Made by a program: the position numbers and the translations under genes. A DNA stretch of 41,069 nt from a virus. The first letter of the stretch is position 1. The number at the start of each line of letters is the position of its first letter. Shown piece by piece: positions 1 to 9,577 of the stretch. Where the stretch lies: the IMG/VR virus record IMGVR_UViG_3300045988_181040, positions 1-41,069 of that record; one strand, written 5' to 3'. Below the pieces are notes generated by a model, which was not told where the DNA came from, made no database searches, and saw only the letters and a list, made by a program, of their open reading frames with translations.

Positions 1-35
1 AGTGATAATGAAACCATAATAAACATACATTAGAA
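1..35. repeat. Left copy of a 35-bp terminal direct repeat, identical to 41035..41069
   Basis: agtgataatgaaaccataataaacatacattagaa was read at both window ends with no mismatch. Confidence 0.95.
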
Positions 36-237
36 TAAAATCAGAAGTTGTTTATCAATGGTTTGGAGGGATCACTATGGTAAAAGAAAGAAGAAAATCT
101 GTACCAGTGATGATATACGGGACAAAAGTATAACTTCAGTTACGAATATACGAAAACAGCAATTATGCTTCAGATAAATAACTCTGAGTACGTCGTGTTT
201 ATTGTTATAGACATGACAGAAAGGAGTTATTTTTTTT

Positions 238-1146
238 ATGCAATTGACGGATGTTTTGGAAGAATTTATATTCGACTGTAAATTGAGACGGATGAGTGAA
301 AGGACGATCAAAGGGTATAAAAATAATAATTTAAGATTTATCACATTTATCCGGAATGAATATCAAGTCAGTGAGTTAGAAAAGGTTCATTGCAAGCTAA
401 TCAAGGCTTATCTGGAACAGCTATCTTCTTTAGGAAGAATGCCAAGCTACATCAATGGAATTATAAAAAGTATGAGGGCGTTCTATCGGTATTGTATAGA
501 TGAAGAGTATCTATTCAATAATCCAATGGATAAAGTTAAATTCCAGAAGGAGCCTATAACACTTATTACTACTTTTAATAATAACGAAGTTAAGAAGATG
601 GTAGTGTATTACAGTGGGAGCAGATATTTGAGTATTAGAAATAAACTGATCATGATCACTCTTTTTGATACAGGGATAAGAAATTCTGAATTATGCAATT
701 TATTATTAACGAGTATTCGTGAGGAATATATTATGATTATGGGGAAAGGAAAAAAAGAACGGGTTGTTCCAGTTTCTCCGATATTAAACAAAACATTGAT
801 TAAATATAAGCGTGTAAGAGCAGAATACATAAAAGACAAATTTGCTTATCAAACAGAATATTTATTTCTATCACAAAATGGAAGAAAACTTACACCGGAG
901 GCAGTTGAAAAGATTGTAGGAGATTGTGCAAAAGCTTGTAAGGTCAGAAAACATATTCGAAGTAGTCCACATACATGTCGGCATTATTTTGCGCAGGCAC
1001 AGTTGAAGAATGGATGTGATCTATATACCCTGTCCCGATTACTGGGGCATAGTAATATCAATATTACTAAAATTTACCTGCAGTCTCTACAAGATGAAGA
1101 TGTACTTGAATTAGGGGTAAAAACAAGTCCATTGATGAATTTGTAA
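238..1146 (+). CDS. Tyrosine recombinase (phage integrase / Xer-like)
   Basis: 302 aa. Catalytic pattern: TGIRNSEL (Arg), HTCRHYFA (H-x-x-R), LGHSNINITKIYL (His...Tyr). RBS gaaaggag lies upstream. Confidence 0.9.
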   Translation: MQLTDVLEEFIFDCKLRRMSERTIKGYKNNNLRFITFIRNEYQVSELEKVHCKLIKAYLEQLSSLGRMPSYINGIIKSMRAFYRYCIDEEYLFNNPMDKVKFQKEPITLITTFNNNEVKKMVVYYSGSRYLSIRNKLIMITLFDTGIRNSELCNLLLTSIREEYIMIMGKGKKERVVPVSPILNKTLIKYKRVRAEYIKDKFAYQTEYLFLSQNGRKLTPEAVEKIVGDCAKACKVRKHIRSSPHTCRHYFAQAQLKNGCDLYTLSRLLGHSNINITKIYLQSLQDEDVLELGVKTSPLMNL

Positions 1147-1186
1147 AAGACGTTGTGAAATATACATATGGAAGGTGAATGTGAGA

Positions 1187-1483
1187 ATGGAAGATAGATT
1201 TAGAGAACTGGTAAAATCTGCTGCCGATATTTTAAAAGAGGTTAGCGTGCAGAAGTTTCTATCAGAGGATAGGGAATACCAAAAGGATGTGGAAGAACTG
1301 AATGAAGTGGAACAAGCATATATGGAATTATATCTGTCAGAGGAACAGCGTCTGATCTGTGATAAATTATTCTTCTATAAGGACAGGGTAGACTATGAAT
1401 ATGGAATTAACGCTTATATCGCCGGATTATACGATGCTTTTCGCTTAATGGAATTATTTGTCATGGAAGAGATAAAACGCTGA
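1187..1483 (+). CDS. Hypothetical protein
   Basis: The ORF track starts at GTG 1175. ATG 1187 sits 9 nt after ggaaggtg. The gene is followed by a terminator. Confidence 0.6.
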   Translation: MEDRFRELVKSAADILKEVSVQKFLSEDREYQKDVEELNEVEQAYMELYLSEEQRLICDKLFFYKDRVDYEYGINAYIAGLYDAFRLMELFVMEEIKR

Positions 1484-1510
1484 TAAAGGGGCAAATAAGT
1501 GCATAGAAAA

Positions 1511-1562
1511 GGGCAGTGGAGTGATTGAGTCATATCAATACATTCTGCTGCCCTATTTTTTT
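1511..1562. terminator. Bidirectional intrinsic terminator between convergent genes
   Basis: GGGCAG (1511-1516) pairs with CTGCCC (1548-1553). There is a T-run on the + strand (1556-1562) and a ttttct run on the - strand. Confidence 0.6.
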
Positions 1563-1845
1563 ACCTATGCTTCATAGCCTTTATCAGATTTTTAAGTGCT
1601 GTGATTTCTTCTGGTGTCAATCCAGACAAGTCAATTTCCTGTCGGTTATCCATTCCAAGCAGATAGTCTGTACTGACCTTAAAGATTTTTGCGATATTGA
1701 TTAAAACATCGTAAGAAGGGAGTCTCAGACCAGTTTCGTATGCGCTGATCACAGATTTTGTCAGACCCAATTTTTGAGCCAGTTGTACTTGTGTAAAGTT
1801 GTGCTGTATCCGTAAAGTTTTCAATGTGATACCAAAGTCAACCAT
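1561..1845 (-). CDS. XRE-family HTH transcriptional regulator (cI/Cro-like repressor candidate)
   Basis: 94 aa. LRIQHNFTQVQLAQKLGLTKSVISAYETG is a classic HTH_3 motif. The gene is divergent from the cargo operon. Confidence 0.85.
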   Translation of the reverse strand: MVDFGITLKTLRIQHNFTQVQLAQKLGLTKSVISAYETGLRLPSYDVLINIAKIFKVSTDYLLGMDNRQEIDLSGLTPEEITALKNLIKAMKHR

Positions 1846-1915
1846 TTCAATACCTCCATAAGAAGTAGTTTACTATATAATATGAATTTGATAGGTGGAA
1901 AAAGTACTCGATTAG

Positions 1916-1944
1916 TTGACTTTGGAAAGTGGATTTCTTATAAT
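1916..1944 (+). promoter_or_regulatory. Sigma-A type promoter, TTGACT-17-TATAAT
   Basis: -35 TTGACT at 1916-1921, a 17-nt spacer, and -10 TATAAT at 1939-1944. It lies 44 nt upstream of the 1988 ATG. Confidence 0.7.
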
Positions 1945-1987
1945 TGAATTGATTGTGGTGTAGGGATAGGTATTTAGGAGGAAAAAT

Positions 1988-3016
1988 ATGGGAAAGAACA
2001 GAAAAATAATAGCAGGAATAACGATTGTTGCTGTTGTTGTAGGAGGAATTTCTTTTTTTGCTACTGCAAATATGCGAGACTATTCCAAGGCTGAAAAGCA
2101 ATACAAACATGGAAATTATAAAGAAGCTATGAAAATATATTCATCCTTAGGAGAATATAAAGACTCAAGGGATAAATATGAATTATCATCACATATGAAC
2201 AAAGTATCAAAGGATAATAATATGCCAGTAATAAATGGAACACCTACAGAAAAAGTTACAGTTAATAGAGGAGATACATCTTTCGATATTACTACATGGG
2301 TACAAAATACTTTGAAAATCAGCGATGATATTACTACAGCAGAAAAAATGAAGACAACGATAGATGATGGTGGTTTAGATGTAAATGTTATAGGTGAATA
2401 TAATATCAAGTATATGATATCAGATGAAGCTGGTAATAGTGCAGAAACTACTTTTGTAGTATCAGTGAGAGAGCCGTCTATTGTTAGAGATGCATATGAA
2501 GAAGCAAAAGCTATTGACCATACAAATGTAGAAAAATCAGAATATTCGGTTATATATCATGGGATTACAATTTCTTCAGAGGAACAGGAATGGCTAGAAG
2601 ATGGTGCCGTATATCGTTCTTTAGCTAAAAAGTTAGAAGGATTTTACATGGAAACATTAGGAAAGGGAATGTATAATCCGACAGGGAACGATAGTATTAC
2701 ACTAGTTTGTGGAATTGAGAAAAAGCCAACTTGGGAAGAAATGAAACCGTATGTTGATAAAGCAAGTCTTGTAGTAACTAGAGAAAATACGTTAGAATCT
2801 GTGATGAGAGCATTTCAAAGTCTTGATTGTGTGGTTGGTAATTTTGATTATGCAAATAAAATTTTTGATTTTGAAATTTCTGATTTGAAGAAAGCAAGTA
2901 GTGATCTTGGTATTTCAGAAAAAATGTTAGGTTATACATTAGCTATGTTAGATGAGTATGCACCAACTGTAGAATTTGGGGATAATAATTATAAATGTAC
3001 ATGGATGAGGCGATAG
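1988..3016 (+). CDS. N-terminally membrane-anchored protein with an Ig-like (DUF5011-type) domain
   Basis: TM segment IIAGITIVAVVVGGISFFA. GNYKEAMKIYSSLGEYKDS repeat motif. VNVIGEYNIKYMISDEAGNSAETTFVVSV resembles DUF5011. Confidence 0.7.
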   Translation: MGKNRKIIAGITIVAVVVGGISFFATANMRDYSKAEKQYKHGNYKEAMKIYSSLGEYKDSRDKYELSSHMNKVSKDNNMPVINGTPTEKVTVNRGDTSFDITTWVQNTLKISDDITTAEKMKTTIDDGGLDVNVIGEYNIKYMISDEAGNSAETTFVVSVREPSIVRDAYEEAKAIDHTNVEKSEYSVIYHGITISSEEQEWLEDGAVYRSLAKKLEGFYMETLGKGMYNPTGNDSITLVCGIEKKPTWEEMKPYVDKASLVVTRENTLESVMRAFQSLDCVVGNFDYANKIFDFEISDLKKASSDLGISEKMLGYTLAMLDEYAPTVEFGDNNYKCTWMRR

Positions 3017-3082
3017 TGAAAACAAGGTTTTAATCAAGTTGCTGCATCGATTGAAGGATAACTATTTGAAAGGGGAAAACAA

Positions 3083-4240
3083 ATGAGAAAGTGTCCAGAG
3101 TGCAATAATTTAGCGGAAGAAGAATTAAAAATTTGTCCTACTTGTGGATATCCGTTTAACGGAACAGAAGAGTTAGTAGAAGAGCCGGATAATACGGAAG
3201 TTCTTGAATCTTTGGAAGAAAACGAAAAGGTGGAGGATTTTATAGAAGAGGAAGAAGTGAATCTGAAGGTAGATGAATCAGACTTGACACAGTTGAAAGA
3301 AAGTTTTAACGAGGATGATTCTCAGAATAAAAATGATTCTCAGAATAAAAATGTTTCTGAAGAACAGGTCATGAATCACACAGAAAATGTGCCAGATTAC
3401 TCTGAAGAGTCTGATGTTAAAGATTCAACAATTCCAGAAGAAGTTGAAACATATCAGATAGTAGACGCACCAGAATTAGAAAATAAAAAGCATAAAATCA
3501 ATTTAGATAAGCGTACAATTTGTGAAATTGCAGGCGGTGTTGTATTAGTTGCCAGTTTGATGTGTGCATTGAATTTCAATGGGAAGTATCACGAATTTGA
3601 GAATAAATATAAAAAAGAAACAAAAAAAGTAGAGAGTCTTAATAATGCTTATAGTAGCCTCCAATCCACAAATGCTTCATTAAATACGACAATTGCAGAA
3701 TTAAATACAAAAATTGAGGAATTAGAAAACGGGGCAGCAAAGCAATTAGTGGATATTAAAAATGCTTATGAGGCAGGAGACTGGCAGAAGGTCATTGATT
3801 TAACGGCACAGCTACATGCAAAATATAATGGAACACCGGAAGACCAAGAAGCACAAGGCATGGCTCAGGCAAGTCAAGATCAGCTCAATCAAATTGCAGC
3901 ACAAAAGGCAGCAGAAGAGGCTCAAGGATATGAAACAGGTATTACTTATGACCAGTTAGCCAGAACACCAGATCAATTTAAAGGTAAGAAAGTCAAGTTT
4001 ACAGGTAAGGTTTTGCAGGTTTTAGAAAGTAGCGGAAAAGTAACAATACGCCTTGCGGCAAATGATAATTATGATACTGTGATTTATGGACAATATGATA
4101 GTTCTATTGTTGCTTCAAGAGTTTTAGAGGACGATCATATTACAATTTATGGAACGTCTGTTGGAACAATCAGTTATGAATCAACTATGGGTGGCACGAT
4201 TACGATACCAGGAATATCCATTGAGAAGATAGATCAATAA
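3083..4240 (+). CDS. Zn-ribbon / acidic linker / TM / coiled-coil protein
   Basis: N-terminal CPECN..CPTCG zinc ribbon, TM segment IAGGVVLVASLMCAL, and an 18-nt in-frame tandem duplication (DSQNKN x2). Confidence 0.7.
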   Translation: MRKCPECNNLAEEELKICPTCGYPFNGTEELVEEPDNTEVLESLEENEKVEDFIEEEEVNLKVDESDLTQLKESFNEDDSQNKNDSQNKNVSEEQVMNHTENVPDYSEESDVKDSTIPEEVETYQIVDAPELENKKHKINLDKRTICEIAGGVVLVASLMCALNFNGKYHEFENKYKKETKKVESLNNAYSSLQSTNASLNTTIAELNTKIEELENGAAKQLVDIKNAYEAGDWQKVIDLTAQLHAKYNGTPEDQEAQGMAQASQDQLNQIAAQKAAEEAQGYETGITYDQLARTPDQFKGKKVKFTGKVLQVLESSGKVTIRLAANDNYDTVIYGQYDSSIVASRVLEDDHITIYGTSVGTISYESTMGGTITIPGISIEKIDQ

Positions 4241-4249
4241 AAAATGAAA

Positions 4250-4289
4250 GGGTGAGAATCTTGAGACAGGATTTTTGCCCTTACTTTTT
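4250..4289 (+). terminator. Intrinsic terminator
   Basis: An 11-bp stem (gggtgagaatc / gatttttgccc, with G-U pairs) followed by ttacttttt. Confidence 0.55.
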
Positions 4290-4379
4290 AATGAGCAAAA
4301 GATTTTGATTATACATTAAGAAAATGTTTATGATATACTAAAGATATATGAGATGAATAGTCAGATGGGAGAGGATGAT

Positions 4380-5486
4380 ATGTTAATTACTACAGGATAT
4401 AATTTTGAAGGTTATGTAATAACGCAATATATCGATGTGATTTCTGCATCAGTTGTATTAGGTACTGGAATTTTTAGTTCTTTTGGGGCTGCTGTTGCAG
4501 ATTTTTCCGGATCAAGGGGTGGAATGTATGAGGACAAATTAGAAAGTGGAAGAGAGCAGGCATTAAAGGAACTTCAAAAACAAGCACAGTATTTAGATGG
4601 AAATGCTATTTTAGGAATTGATGTTGATTATACGACATTTACAGGTGATGTTATGGGGATTGTTGCCACAGGAACAGTAGTAAGAATAGAGAAGCAAAAT
4701 ATACGAAAAGATTCTGGGTATTCAATTCCTGTTTTTTCATACAATTTAGGATTACCATTCAATGTATGTACTGTGAATTTTGAGAATGCGAGTTCAGAAG
4801 GAGTTGTATTTGGTAACTTAGAGATTAAGAGCTATTTTGAAAAGGGCATAGCGACAGCTTTAATTGTTGATATTGAATTAGAAGACATATTTAAAAATGT
4901 TGTCACTCTTTCGGATATTGTTTTTAGGACACATACATATGAAATGGATACATCGTATAACACAGAATTTGCTAAAATATCAGTTGGAGATATTCGATTA
5001 GATTTAATGCAGAAAGCCTATGTAATAGTTAAAAAGGTTATCTTGAACAGTAGCGATAAAGTTGTTGAGGTAGATACAACAAATCAAATAAGAAATGAAC
5101 AAATGAACAATGCAGATTTAGAAATGCTGAAGAAAAAGGAAGGTGTAGATACAGTTCGTGATTTAGAAACATTAGAGGATAAATGGATTTGCTATTGTGG
5201 AGCTGAAAATGCAGCAGATAAAACACAGTGCTATCGATGTAGGAGAGAGATTGCGGTTCGGAAAAGCGTTGGTAGTGAAGGAGAGAGAAGAAAGTTATGG
5301 ATGGAAATTAAAGATGGTGTACGTATGAAAAGAAATGCGGAAGAAATATATACATATTTTTGCGAACTTAATAATGCAATAGATTTAGATGATATTGTTT
5401 ATGAATTGAAGATTCTTAAATTAAAAGAAGCGTTACAAGGCAATATGAAAGAGGAAGCACTTTACAAAATAGAAACTATGATATAA
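4380..5486 (+). CDS. YbjQ/UPF0145-like domain protein with a long C-terminal extension and a RanBP2-like Zn finger
   Basis: MLITTGYNFEGYVI...GNAILGIDVDY...GTVV matches the YbjQ family pattern. WICYCGAENAADKTQCYRC is the Zn-finger candidate. The start is moved to ATG 4380, after gggagagga. Confidence 0.7.
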   Translation: MLITTGYNFEGYVITQYIDVISASVVLGTGIFSSFGAAVADFSGSRGGMYEDKLESGREQALKELQKQAQYLDGNAILGIDVDYTTFTGDVMGIVATGTVVRIEKQNIRKDSGYSIPVFSYNLGLPFNVCTVNFENASSEGVVFGNLEIKSYFEKGIATALIVDIELEDIFKNVVTLSDIVFRTHTYEMDTSYNTEFAKISVGDIRLDLMQKAYVIVKKVILNSSDKVVEVDTTNQIRNEQMNNADLEMLKKKEGVDTVRDLETLEDKWICYCGAENAADKTQCYRCRREIAVRKSVGSEGERRKLWMEIKDGVRMKRNAEEIYTYFCELNNAIDLDDIVYELKILKLKEALQGNMKEEALYKIETMI

Positions 5487-5537
5487 TATGACTACGGATA
5501 AAAATCTATTAAATTACTTTGTGAGGGAGAAAAACAA

Positions 5538-6896
5538 ATGAAAAAGTGTAAAGGTATTATTTGTGCAGTAATACTATGTATGCTTCTGCCTGTTTCAGTG
5601 TATGCGCATCCAGGAAGAACAGACTCGGCAGGTGGACACCATGATTATAAAAATCAAAGTGGCTTAGGGAGTTATCATTATCACCACGGGATGCCAGCAC
5701 ATTTACATCCAGGAGGTGTATGTCCATATAGCGGAGGAACTCCAAGTTATACAGCGCCAACACCGCCTAAGCCAAGTGTTACTATAAATAATCCACCAGT
5801 TCAATTGAATGTTGGAGATAGCACAGGTCTAGATGTTACATTGGCGAACGTATCTCAGAATGCTTTTAATGTTACATCAAGTAATCCACATGTAGTTCGT
5901 GTGAATGCAGACAATACATTAACAGCTGTTGGCGAAGGTGATACAACAATTACAGTAAGCGCATCGGGTGCCGAAAATAAGGCATTTGTTGTAACAGTAA
6001 AAACAGTTCCAGTAGAATCGATTTCTATAAAAAGCTCAAATACTAAAGTGCAGCTTGATAAAACAATAAAATATGAGGCAGAAGCTTTACCTAATAATGC
6101 AACTGATAAAACAATTATGTGGAAATCGGACAATAAAGAAATTGCAACAGTAGCAGAGGATGGAACAGTAACAGGACACAAAGTGGGAAAAACAAAAATT
6201 ATATGTCAAGCAATAAATGGTGTCACGTCAGAAGTTGAAGTAGAAGTTTTTGAAATTCTTCCAGAAAAAATAGAAGTTGATGTTAATCATATAAAATTGG
6301 AATGTACAAAATTGTTTAATTTAAACGTAACTGTTTTACCAGAAGAAGCTAATGATAAAAGTTATACTTTATTTAGTAGTGATGAAAGTGTTGCCAAGAT
6401 AACAAACAATAAAATAGAAGCTATATCAGATGGGAAAACAACCATAATAATTAAAACAAAAAATGATGTTAAATATGAAATTCCAATTGAAACATTTCAT
6501 GTTCCAACAGAAGATATTAAGATAGATGATAGTTCTATGGAATATTTTTTGAATTTATCTTCTTTTAAAGTGATCGATAAAAAGACGGAATTACAATTGG
6601 ATACAGTTATTTCTCCGAGTGATGCGACTTTTGAAAATGCAGAATGGAAGAGTAGCAATGACAAAATTGTAACTTTTGATGATGGCGAAATGTTCATAGT
6701 TGGAACTGGAAAAGTAGTTCTTACAGCAGAAGCACATGATGGACAGACAGATAGCATAACAATATATGTTGTTAGTAAAGTGGTTATCATTATGATTACG
6801 GGTATCTTGGTAATCATAATAATTACAGTTTTGGTAAAGAAAAATTGGAATAAAATATTGAAATTAAAAGAACAGTATATGGTAAAGAAAAATTAG
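5538..6896 (+). CDS. Secreted, C-terminally anchored protein: YHYH domain plus about four Big_2 Ig-like repeats
   Basis: Signal peptide present. HPGRTDSAGGHHDYKN..GSYHYHHG is the YHYH motif. Big_2-like units repeat (e.g. NATDKTIMWKSDNKEIATVAEDGTVTGHKVGKTKI). A terminal TM segment is present. Confidence 0.75.
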   Translation: MKKCKGIICAVILCMLLPVSVYAHPGRTDSAGGHHDYKNQSGLGSYHYHHGMPAHLHPGGVCPYSGGTPSYTAPTPPKPSVTINNPPVQLNVGDSTGLDVTLANVSQNAFNVTSSNPHVVRVNADNTLTAVGEGDTTITVSASGAENKAFVVTVKTVPVESISIKSSNTKVQLDKTIKYEAEALPNNATDKTIMWKSDNKEIATVAEDGTVTGHKVGKTKIICQAINGVTSEVEVEVFEILPEKIEVDVNHIKLECTKLFNLNVTVLPEEANDKSYTLFSSDESVAKITNNKIEAISDGKTTIIIKTKNDVKYEIPIETFHVPTEDIKIDDSSMEYFLNLSSFKVIDKKTELQLDTVISPSDATFENAEWKSSNDKIVTFDDGEMFIVGTGKVVLTAEAHDGQTDSITIYVVSKVVIIMITGILVIIIITVLVKKNWNKILKLKEQYMVKKN

Positions 6897-6925
6897 TGGC
6901 AGGAAAACCGAAAGATAATGAACAG

Positions 6926-6970
6926 GGCAAAGGAGTAAAGAAGATTAGTTCTCTCTTTTGCCTTTGTTCT
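6926..6970 (+). terminator. Intrinsic terminator
   Basis: ggcaaaggag (6926-6935) pairs with ctcttttgcc (6953-6962), followed by tttgttct. Confidence 0.5.
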
Positions 6971-7161
6971 ATAGCATGAATAATTCTGCATATCATCAAA
7001 AGAGAATACATTCTTAAACCTAGTATTAGACATCTCATCAAGATTACCAAAAAGTTTTCCTATATTTTCGAGCGACAAGTATATAACGAAGTAATTTCTA
7101 TTTACTTCCTATATATAATGGTATATCATTAAATTAGTAATATTCGAGAGGAGATAATTTT

Positions 7162-7704
7162 ATGTTAGTAGTTTGTCCGGAGTGCGGAGCAGAAATTAGT
7201 CAATATTCAGAAACTTGTGTTAAATGCGGATTTCCTTTAAAAAAATTTATGGATGACAATGGTTTAAATGATTTTGAACATGTAAAAATATGTCCTAAAT
7301 GTGGCTGTACAAATTCTAGTACAATTCCAGATATTATACCGACTGTATTTAAATGCACTGAATGTAATACCCAGATTGTTCAAACGGACATACCATGCGA
7401 AGGATTTGGGAAAAATTTTACACTTGAAACAGAACGTGAATACATGGCTGAAATTGCAAATAAATACGGTGGGAACCAATTCCAGCAAGAGATGTATGAT
7501 GAGTGGATTGCAAAACTTCATGCACCATCCCAAAGACCTGCTTCCAAACCTCAACTCAATCAACCACACTGTCCATACTGTAATTCAACCAATCTTACTA
7601 AAGTGTCTGGTACGAGCCGTTTTGCCAGTACATTGATGTTTGGAATTGGAAGTAAAAAGGTTGGCAAGCAGTGGAAGTGTAATAACTGTAAGAGCTATTT
7701 TTAA
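7162..7704 (+). CDS. Multi-Zn-ribbon protein
   Basis: Four CxxC pairs: CPECG..CVKCG, CPKCG..CTECN, CPYCN, CNNCK. Confidence 0.65.
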   Translation: MLVVCPECGAEISQYSETCVKCGFPLKKFMDDNGLNDFEHVKICPKCGCTNSSTIPDIIPTVFKCTECNTQIVQTDIPCEGFGKNFTLETEREYMAEIANKYGGNQFQQEMYDEWIAKLHAPSQRPASKPQLNQPHCPYCNSTNLTKVSGTSRFASTLMFGIGSKKVGKQWKCNNCKSYF

Positions 7705-7958
7705 ATTATGCTGCCATGATTTCGACAGCTTAAATTTTACTCGTGGCGTGTGGATGGAACCCATACCCCCATATCCAGAAAACCGACCTTGTTCAAAAAT
7801 GTTTAATACCGGGGGGTACTGTTGCCAGTGGACTCCTACTGTAAAATGACATACCCACATAAGCAACAATTTAAACTCCACGGATTTCCACCCACAACAG
7901 AAAAAACAATCATACTACAAAATAGAAAAATCCCTCTACATATAGAAAATTTATAACA

Positions 7959-7994
7959 GGTTGAGAGCTTCGAGAACTCTCAGCCTATTTTTTT
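7959..7994 (+). terminator. Intrinsic terminator with a + strand T-run
   Basis: ggttgagag (7959-7967) pairs with ctctcagcc (7977-7985), followed by tattttttt. Confidence 0.6.
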
Positions 7995-8003
7995 ACTTTG
8001 GAT

Positions 8004-8516
8004 TTATTCTATCAAGGTATCTGTTCTATACAGGATACCATCAATAAAATTTGTCTTTGGATTGTACACAAATACAGACTGGACTTTATCACCAACAGAA
8101 AATTTTTCCATATCATAATGTCTGTAATTGCCAAGAATATCAATCCCATTTCCTTCAGAGTCTAAAACAGTACCATTAGAAACCTCAATAATAATCTTTT
8201 CATTCCGATTCTCAAGCGCATGAGATAAATGCTCAAAATCTTCCGGTGTGTAAATATAATACACTTTTGTTATTCCCTCTTGACGTTGTGGGACTTCTAA
8301 ATAGTAACCAGTTCCATCCTCGAAATATAATTGCAATCCTGTATCTGTTCCCCTGTATTCTGTAACACGATTCATATCTATGTAGTTATTAGCTGTGCTT
8401 TCTCTGTTCTTTGTCTGTATCATAGTTGTATTATCTCTTGTATGATAATGACATCCTGTGAATGATGTACAAGTGGTTAATAGCAGTAATGCAGTAGCAA
8501 ATAGTTTCTTTTTCAT
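8004..8516 (-). CDS. Lipoprotein
   Basis: Signal peptide with a lipobox-like SFTGC (MKKKLFATALLLLTTCTSFTGC). Confidence 0.7.
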   Translation of the reverse strand: MKKKLFATALLLLTTCTSFTGCHYHTRDNTTMIQTKNRESTANNYIDMNRVTEYRGTDTGLQLYFEDGTGYYLEVPQRQEGITKVYYIYTPEDFEHLSHALENRNEKIIIEVSNGTVLDSEGNGIDILGNYRHYDMEKFSVGDKVQSVFVYNPKTNFIDGILYRTDTLIE

Positions 8517-8592
8517 ATCCGTATATCTCCCTTAATCAATTCTTTATTTACAACAGCAGGGTGTAACTATATAAGTGACACCCAAAAAAGTT

Positions 8593-9435
8593 CTATGCTT
8601 TATTTAAAATGTACTTGACTGCCTTTTCTGCCTTGCAAGATGCAGAAACAATGAATTTCACGTCAGATCTCAATGCAGATAACCAGTTTTGTATATAAGC
8701 TGTTGAATTTCTGAAACTTCCAGTTGTTTGAATACCGAGAATATTCATAAGGTTTGCACTTCCGATTTCTGCAACAAGTTCTTCCTTGCTATAATCTTCA
8801 CTACCAAAACGAGCAGTTGTTGAGGAACTAAGTCGGTCTAATCGGCTTTTATGTCCGGTGCTGTGTGTTAGTTCGTGAAATGCTGTGCTATAATACTCTG
8901 CTTCGTTCTTAAACTGTTCCATTAGCGGTAAATGCACCAGATCGAGAGAAGGTGAGTAATACGCTTCATTAGATGCCGTATTCTCTAATACGATATTCTC
9001 CCTTGTAAGATAATCACTGATTACCTTTTCAGCTTCATCTAGTGGTGACAGTTCTTTTGCCTCATAAGATAACGGCTCAATACCGTCTACCTGTGAAATA
9101 TGAAAGACATTATAATATCTTAACATTGCAATCTGTTTTATTTCTGTTGTTCCATCTTCTTTCTTTTCTTCAACAGGTAATATCTTCCAGAATACAAGTA
9201 TTTCTGATTTCTCTCCTTTACGGATGTGACCGCCCAATTCTGTCCACTGTTTAAAGGTGGCATATTCACCCGTATGTTTTAATAACATCTGATTTAATAA
9301 GGAATAAGGTTTTCTTGTGATTCTGTTGTATGCTCCGCTTGTTACACCGTGCCAAGGCTTTTTCCAAGGAATTACACCATTTTTTAACTGCTCAATAATT
9401 CTGTCTGTTACCATTTCATACACTGATTTACTCAT
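8593..9435 (-). CDS. ardC: ArdC-like anti-restriction protein (ssDNA-binding N-domain plus zincin metalloprotease)
   Basis: N-terminal VTDRIIEQLKNGVIPWKKPW and C-terminal FHELTHSTGH (HExxH) match the ArdC family signature. Confidence 0.85.
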   Translation of the reverse strand: MSKSVYEMVTDRIIEQLKNGVIPWKKPWHGVTSGAYNRITRKPYSLLNQMLLKHTGEYATFKQWTELGGHIRKGEKSEILVFWKILPVEEKKEDGTTEIKQIAMLRYYNVFHISQVDGIEPLSYEAKELSPLDEAEKVISDYLTRENIVLENTASNEAYYSPSLDLVHLPLMEQFKNEAEYYSTAFHELTHSTGHKSRLDRLSSSTTARFGSEDYSKEELVAEIGSANLMNILGIQTTGSFRNSTAYIQNWLSALRSDVKFIVSASCKAEKAVKYILNKA

Positions 9436-9482
9436 ATAATAATCTCTCCTTTTCTGTGTGTGATTTATTTGATGAGATTATT

Positions 9483-9571
9483 ATACACTTAAAACAGGTG
9501 TATTAATATTGATTTTATGCACAAAAAAGCACTTGATTTTAGTGCATATTATACACACGAAACAAGTGCAT
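9483..9571. promoter_or_regulatory. Operator sites 1-2 of the ATACAC-N9-GTGYAY array
   Basis: Site 1 at 9483-9503 (atacac ttaaaacag gtgtat). Site 2 at 9551-9571 (atacac acgaaacaa gtgcat). Confidence 0.6.
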
Positions 9572-9577
9572 GAAAAT

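Noticed and set aside
77-130. 17-codon mini-ORF (MVKERRKSVPVMIYGTKV) with a GGAGGG site upstream of the integrase.
   Set aside because: It is too short to support from sequence alone. It could be a leader peptide, but there is no corroborating structure.
5538-6896. A diversity-generating retroelement target, suspected because of the repeated Ig-like domains.
   Set aside because: There is no reverse transcriptase gene and no template/variable repeat pair anywhere in the window.
7264-7881. Overlapping ORFs 7264..7569 -, 7301..7636 +, 7585..7881 - and 7640..7849 +.
   Set aside because: They overlap the Zn-ribbon CDS in alternative frames or extend into the spacer. They have no start signals and implausible composition.
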